Both the position numbers and the translations under genes were made by a program. Below, in pieces: positions 30,006-34,682 of a stretch of 34,682 nt of DNA. Location of the stretch: sequence record SRR20825019_439; one strand, written 5' to 3'. Position 1 is the stretch's first letter. Each line of letters begins with the position of its first letter. The notes beneath the pieces were generated by a model, which was not told the origin of the DNA, made no database searches, and saw only the letters and a list, made by a program, of their open reading frames with translations.

Positions 30006-31540
30006 GCACAGAAACCATGACCAACCAGGGCACGGGTTCGCTGATCGGCAAGCTCGGCACCTGGCTGATGATCATCGCCACGATTGCCCTTGCTTTTGTC
30101 GTGTTGGTGGAAGTCATCAATATCCTGTTTTATGACCCCTGGAGCGACGAAAAATTCCTGTTCAAGCTCTCCGGCCTGCTGTCGGATGTGAAGATTGGTC
30201 CGCTGACCTACATCATGTTTGGCTCCCTGGCGGTGCTGTTGATGATGGGGCTGCCGCTGGCCTTTGTGACCGGTGGCCTGGGCGTGGCGTTTATCTATCT
30301 GGTGGGCGACTCGATGATGCTGAACATCATCCCCAGTCGAATCTTCCCGATGATGACCAACTCGGACCTTGCAGCGATCCCCCTGTTCATCTTCATGGCC
30401 TCCATGCTGGAACGGGCCGGCCTGATCGAAGAGATGTTCAACGTGGTCTACAAGTGGATGGGCGGCCTGGGTGGCGGCCTGGCCATTGCCACCATACTGG
30501 CCTCCACGATTCTGGCCGCCATGGTCGGGGTTATTGGTGCGGCCGTGGTGACCATGGGCATTATTGCGCTACCGGCGATGCTCAAACGCGGGTACGACCA
30601 GAAGATCGCGTTGGGCTCGATCATGGCCGGGGGCACACTGGGCATCCTGATCCCGCCTTCCATCCTGGCGATCCTTTATGCGGTTGTGGCGCAGCAGTCA
30701 GTAGGTGAGTTGTACCTGGGCTCAGTGATTCCGGGGCTGATTCTGGCTGGCCTGTACGTGATTTATGTGGGTACCCGCGCGTGGCTCAATCCGGAACTCG
30801 GGCCGCCAGTGCCGGAGGAAGAGCGGATTGGCCTCAAGGAAAAACTCCTGCTGCTGAAAGACCTGATCGCCCCACTGGTACTGGTATTCCTGGTGCTGGG
30901 CTTGCTGTTTGGCGGTGTTGCGACTCCCGTTGAGGCGGCCGGTATCGGTTCTTTCGGGGCGATCCTGGTGGCCATGAAACACAAGGTATTCTCTGTCGCC
31001 ACACTGCGTGATGCGTCGGTCACCACCGCCAAGGCTTCGGCGATGGTGCTGTGGATCATGTTTGGTGCATCGGTGTTTGTCGGGTTCTACATCCTGCAGG
31101 GTGGTCAGGACTTCATTACCGAAACCATCCTCGGTATTGGTCTGTCGCCTTACGCCGTTCTGCTGTTGTTGATGGTGTTGCTGGTGGTGCTGGGCATGTT
31201 CCTCGACTGGGTGGGTATTCTGCTGCTGGCTGTGCCCATTTTCATTCCGATTGTCGAGGCGCTGGAATTCCCTGGCCTGCTGGGTTTCCCGGCCGTGCCC
31301 GGTGAAGACGTGGTGCTGTGGTTTGGTGTGCTCTATCTGGTGAACATGCAGATGTCGTTCCTGAGCCCGCCGTTCGGCTACGCACTCTTCTACATTCGGG
31401 GCGTGTGTCCGCCGGACATCACCATGGGCACAATCTTCAAGTCGTCACTGGTATTTCTTGCTATTCAGGCATTCGGTTTGTTTATCTGTGTGCTCATTCC
31501 GGGCGTCGTTACCTGGCTGCCCAATCTGGTTTATGGCTAA
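30002..31540 (+). CDS. dctM: TRAP large permease (DctM)
   Basis: AIPLFIFMA, GGTLGILIPPSI, ATPVEAA and FLSPPFGYALFY motifs. 4-bp overlap with dctQ. Confidence 0.92.
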   Translation: MSTETMTNQGTGSLIGKLGTWLMIIATIALAFVVLVEVINILFYDPWSDEKFLFKLSGLLSDVKIGPLTYIMFGSLAVLLMMGLPLAFVTGGLGVAFIYLVGDSMMLNIIPSRIFPMMTNSDLAAIPLFIFMASMLERAGLIEEMFNVVYKWMGGLGGGLAIATILASTILAAMVGVIGAAVVTMGIIALPAMLKRGYDQKIALGSIMAGGTLGILIPPSILAILYAVVAQQSVGELYLGSVIPGLILAGLYVIYVGTRAWLNPELGPPVPEEERIGLKEKLLLLKDLIAPLVLVFLVLGLLFGGVATPVEAAGIGSFGAILVAMKHKVFSVATLRDASVTTAKASAMVLWIMFGASVFVGFYILQGGQDFITETILGIGLSPYAVLLLLMVLLVVLGMFLDWVGILLLAVPIFIPIVEALEFPGLLGFPAVPGEDVVLWFGVLYLVNMQMSFLSPPFGYALFYIRGVCPPDITMGTIFKSSLVFLAIQAFGLFICVLIPGVVTWLPNLVYG

Positions 31541-31559
31541 TAAAGAGGAGTAATTGCTC

Positions 31560-31985
31560 ATGTTGACTGTTAAACGACTTGATCTGGCGGATGCCAGAAT
31601 ACTCATCGAAGGCGCGGCGGAGAAGGCGCGCGAGATTGGCGTACCTATGTGCATCGCCATCACCGACGAGTCCGGCAATTTGATCGCGTTCGAACGCATG
31701 GACGGCGGCAAGATCACCAGCGTGACCATTGCCCAGGACAAGTCCTTCACCGCATCAGCGGCGAAAAAGGCGACACACGATTACAACGCCGTGAACGTAC
31801 CCGGCAAGCTGGCTTTCGGCATTCATACCGAAGTGGGTGGGCGTATCAGTTCTGTCGGTGGTGGCCTGCCGGTGATGGTCGATGGCGAGGTTGTTGGCGG
31901 TATCGGTATCAGCTCTGGCACCCCCCAACAGGATATGGACTGTGCCCAGGCAGGGATTGATCACTTTGAAACCAAACGCGGTTGA
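31560..31985 (+). CDS. glcG: GlcG/HbpS-family (putative heme-binding) protein
   Basis: IAITDESGNLIAFERMDG, AQDKSFTA and GGGLPV..DGEVVGGIGISSG..QQD motifs. RBS GAGGAG spacing favours ATG 31560 over TTG 31554. Confidence 0.85.
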   Translation: MLTVKRLDLADARILIEGAAEKAREIGVPMCIAITDESGNLIAFERMDGGKITSVTIAQDKSFTASAAKKATHDYNAVNVPGKLAFGIHTEVGGRISSVGGGLPVMVDGEVVGGIGISSGTPQQDMDCAQAGIDHFETKRG

Positions 31986-32024
31986 TGGCTGTCTCACTGA
32001 AAGCCATGACTCCCAGAGAATGAT

Positions 32025-33497
32025 ATGAACAGCAAACCGAAAATCAGCGCAGCGGAGCTGGCAGAACAGTTCCGTGCGTTCATAGACCCGGACTTCGTCA
32101 TTACCGATGACGAAACCATGAAGCCCTATGAATGCGACGGTATGTCGATGTACTGCGAGATGCCGATGCTCGTGGTGCTACCGGAGACCGCCGAACAGGT
32201 GCAACGGGTGATGCGCATCTGCAACGAGCACGAAGTGCCCGTTGTGGCCCGTGGTGCCGGAACCGGCCTGAGTGCCGGTGCCATGCCGCACAAGGAAGGC
32301 GTGGTGTTGTCGCTGGCCAAGTTCAACCGCATCCTGGACATCGATCCGTTGGCGCGAACGGCCTTACTGCAACCGGGTGTGCGTAACCTGGCGATCAGCG
32401 AGGAGGTTGCCCAGTACGGTCTCTATTACGGGCCGGATCCTTCCTCCCAGATTGCCTGTACCATTGGCGGCAACGTGGCGGAAAACTCCGGCGGCGTGCA
32501 TTGCCTGAAATACGGTTTGACCGTTCACAACATTCTCAGCGTGGAAATGATCACCGCCGAGGGAGACCGGGTGACCGTCGGCAACGACGCTCTGGACGCC
32601 TGTGGAATGGATCTGCTGGCGTTGATGACCGGCTCTGAAGGGTTGCTGGGCATCGTCACCAAAGTGAAAGTAAAACTGCTGCCGAAACCGGAGATAGCCC
32701 AGGTGGTGATGGCCGGCTTCGACAGTGTGCAGAAAGCCGGCGATGCCGTCGGCGGAATTATCTCCCATGGCATCATCCCCGGCGGCCTGGAAATGATGGA
32801 TGGTCATGCGATTATCGCGGCTGACGATTTTGCCCAGGCAGGTTACCCGCGCGAGGCGAAAGCATTGCTTCTGTGCGAGGTGGACGGCACCGAGGAAGAA
32901 GTCCATGAACACATCGAACAGGCCGAGAATGTGTTCCGAAAACTGGGCGCTACCTCGGTCAAAACCTCCCAGAGCGAAGAGGAGAGGGCGCTGCTCTGGA
33001 AAGGCCGTAAATCGGCCTTCCCGGCAGTGGGTCGTATCTCGCCGGATTACTACTGCATGGACGGCACCATTCCGCGTCGGCATCTGGCGCACGTGTTGCT
33101 GGAAATGGAGAGAATGTCCGAAGAATTCGGCCTGCGGGTAGCCAACGTATTCCACGCCGGCGACGGCAACCTGCACCCGCTGATCCTGTTTGATGCCAAC
33201 GTGCCCGGCGAATTTGAGCGCACTGAGGCCTTTGGCAGCAGCATTCTCAACCTTTGCGTGGAAGTGGGGGGCTGCATCACCGGTGAACACGGCGTGGGTG
33301 TGGAAAAAATCCGCCAGATGGCCGTGCAGTTCAACGACGAGGAACTGCAGCAGTTCCACGACGTCAAATCGGCGTTCGATCCGGCTGGCATTCTCAACCC
33401 TGGCAAGGGCGTCCCGGCCCTGCGTTTCTGTCAGGAATACCGCTCACTCGAGCACAAACAACACAAGCACGACACGGTGGACGCGGCGCATGGCTGA
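32025..33497 (+). CDS. glcD: Glycolate oxidase/dehydrogenase FAD subunit
   Basis: ARGAGTGLSAG, PDPSSQIACTIGGNVAENSGGVHCLKYGLT, YYCMDGTIP, FHAGDGNLHPL, ITGEHGVG and LNPGK motifs. Confidence 0.93.
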   Translation: MNSKPKISAAELAEQFRAFIDPDFVITDDETMKPYECDGMSMYCEMPMLVVLPETAEQVQRVMRICNEHEVPVVARGAGTGLSAGAMPHKEGVVLSLAKFNRILDIDPLARTALLQPGVRNLAISEEVAQYGLYYGPDPSSQIACTIGGNVAENSGGVHCLKYGLTVHNILSVEMITAEGDRVTVGNDALDACGMDLLALMTGSEGLLGIVTKVKVKLLPKPEIAQVVMAGFDSVQKAGDAVGGIISHGIIPGGLEMMDGHAIIAADDFAQAGYPREAKALLLCEVDGTEEEVHEHIEQAENVFRKLGATSVKTSQSEEERALLWKGRKSAFPAVGRISPDYYCMDGTIPRRHLAHVLLEMERMSEEFGLRVANVFHAGDGNLHPLILFDANVPGEFERTEAFGSSILNLCVEVGGCITGEHGVGVEKIRQMAVQFNDEELQQFHDVKSAFDPAGILNPGKGVPALRFCQEYRSLEHKQHKHDTVDAAHG

Positions 33498-34554
33498 TCT
33501 GTCTCAAAAGCTGCAGGAGCAGGTTCTCCAGGCCCGCAAGACGGGCCAGAAACTGAATATCGAAGGCGGTGGCACCAAGGCCTTCATGGGGCGGGCCGCC
33601 GACGCCGATGCAGGCTCTCTGAACATGGGCGAGCACACAGGCATCGTTGAATACCATCCTGTGGAACTGATATTGACCGCACGTGCCGGCACCACCCTTG
33701 CGGAAATCGAAGCCACCCTGGCCGAAGAAGGCCAGTGCCTGCACTTCGAACCGCCCAGGTTTGGTGATGGTTCCACGCTCGGTGGCACGCTCGCGTGCAA
33801 CCTCTCCGGCCCCGCACGGCCCTGGTCCGGCTCGGTACGGGACCAGGTGCTGGGCATCCGCCTGCTCAACGGCAAAGGTGAACACCTGCGCTTTGGCGGC
33901 CAGGTAATGAAAAACGTGGCCGGCTACGACACCTCCCGGCTACAGGCCGGTGCCATGGGCACATTGGGCGCGATCACCGAGATCAGCCTCAAAGTCATGC
34001 CCAAACCGGCGATGTCTCTCACCCTGGTGCAGGACATGGCGATGGACGAAGTCATCCACTACATGAACAGCCGCGCCAAAGAGCCCAAGCCCATCACCGG
34101 TGCTGCCTGGGTGGACGGCAAAGTCTATCTGCGCCTCGCTGGCGCCAAATCCGCCGTGGAGGCCACCGCCGAAAAGTGGTCCGGTGAAGTCATGGAGCAG
34201 GGTGACCAGTTCTGGCAACAGCTACAACACATGCAGCACAAATTCTTTGCCGGTGATGAACCGCTTTGGCGCTTCTCCGTCGGCTCCACCGCCGAAAACC
34301 CGGACCTCGACGGCCCCTGGCTGATCGACTGGGCTGGCTCCCAGCGCTGGTATCGGGGCGAAGCCGACATCGCCAAACTGGAAACCATGGCGCAACGCGC
34401 CGGCGGCCAGGTAAGCCTGTTCCGCGGCGGGGATCGCACTGATGAGGTAATGCACCACCAGCCGAGGGCGCTAAAAGAAATTCAGCAACGGCTGAAAAAG
34501 TCGTTTGATCCCGACGGTATTTTTAACCCCGGGCGACTGTACAGCTGGCTTTAA
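33490..34554 (+). CDS. glcE: Glycolate oxidase FAD-binding subunit
   Basis: GGGTKAFMG, FEPP, TLGGT, FGGQVMKNVAGYD and FDPDGIFNPGR motifs. Start reset to MADLS (ATG 33490), overlapping the end of glcD. Confidence 0.92.
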   Translation: MADLSQKLQEQVLQARKTGQKLNIEGGGTKAFMGRAADADAGSLNMGEHTGIVEYHPVELILTARAGTTLAEIEATLAEEGQCLHFEPPRFGDGSTLGGTLACNLSGPARPWSGSVRDQVLGIRLLNGKGEHLRFGGQVMKNVAGYDTSRLQAGAMGTLGAITEISLKVMPKPAMSLTLVQDMAMDEVIHYMNSRAKEPKPITGAAWVDGKVYLRLAGAKSAVEATAEKWSGEVMEQGDQFWQQLQHMQHKFFAGDEPLWRFSVGSTAENPDLDGPWLIDWAGSQRWYRGEADIAKLETMAQRAGGQVSLFRGGDRTDEVMHHQPRALKEIQQRLKKSFDPDGIFNPGRLYSWL

Positions 34555-34612
34555 TAATTTAGTCCGGAATCTGATATGTGGCTGTGAGGGCTACGAAGAT
34601 ACCGGGGAAGTG

Positions 34613-34682
34613 AGCGGGTAGGGCGTCTCTGAAACTGTACGGAGCCATGGACGGCGGAGTCCAAGCGTCACATGGATGTGCC
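34613..34682 (+). repeat. Partial intergenic repeat-like element with two ANGGA-loop hairpins, truncated by the window end
   Basis: GCC-ATGGAC-GGC (34644-34655) and CACA-TGGA-TGTG (34669-34680). Similar to the reverse complement of 1-54. Confidence 0.55.

Noticed and set aside
33450-33497. His-rich C-terminal tail of GlcD (EHKQHKHD...AAHG)
   Set aside because: Short, partly constrained by the glcE overlap, and conservation cannot be assessed here.

Overview
GC-rich gammaproteobacterial chromosomal window, probably Marinobacter-like (inferred from gene style and intergenic repeats). It is almost entirely nutrient uptake and catabolism genes, with no phage, IS or CRISPR. In order: a partial GGA-hairpin repeat; an old-yellow-enzyme oxidoreductase (+); a minus-strand cluster of LysR, DUF1445/D-glutamate-cyclase-like gene, TRAP dctPQM and pxpABC (5-oxoprolinase); a DcaP-type porin (-); a DEDDh exonuclease/GIY-YIG fusion (+); the arginine succinyltransferase genes astC-aruF-astA-astD-astB (+); a TetR with a divergent MFP/RND pair; an aotPJQM-like ABC transporter with astE (-); and a glycolate locus (glcC divergent from TRAP dctPQM-glcG-glcD-glcE) ending in a second GGA-hairpin repeat. 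The best leads are a possible system for both enantiomers of pyroglutamate/glutamate, a TRAP-type glycolate importer with extended membrane subunits, intergenic elements built from CsrA/RsmA-type ANGGA hairpins, and several readable operator architectures. All product calls come from motif recognition in the translated ORFs, not from database searches.
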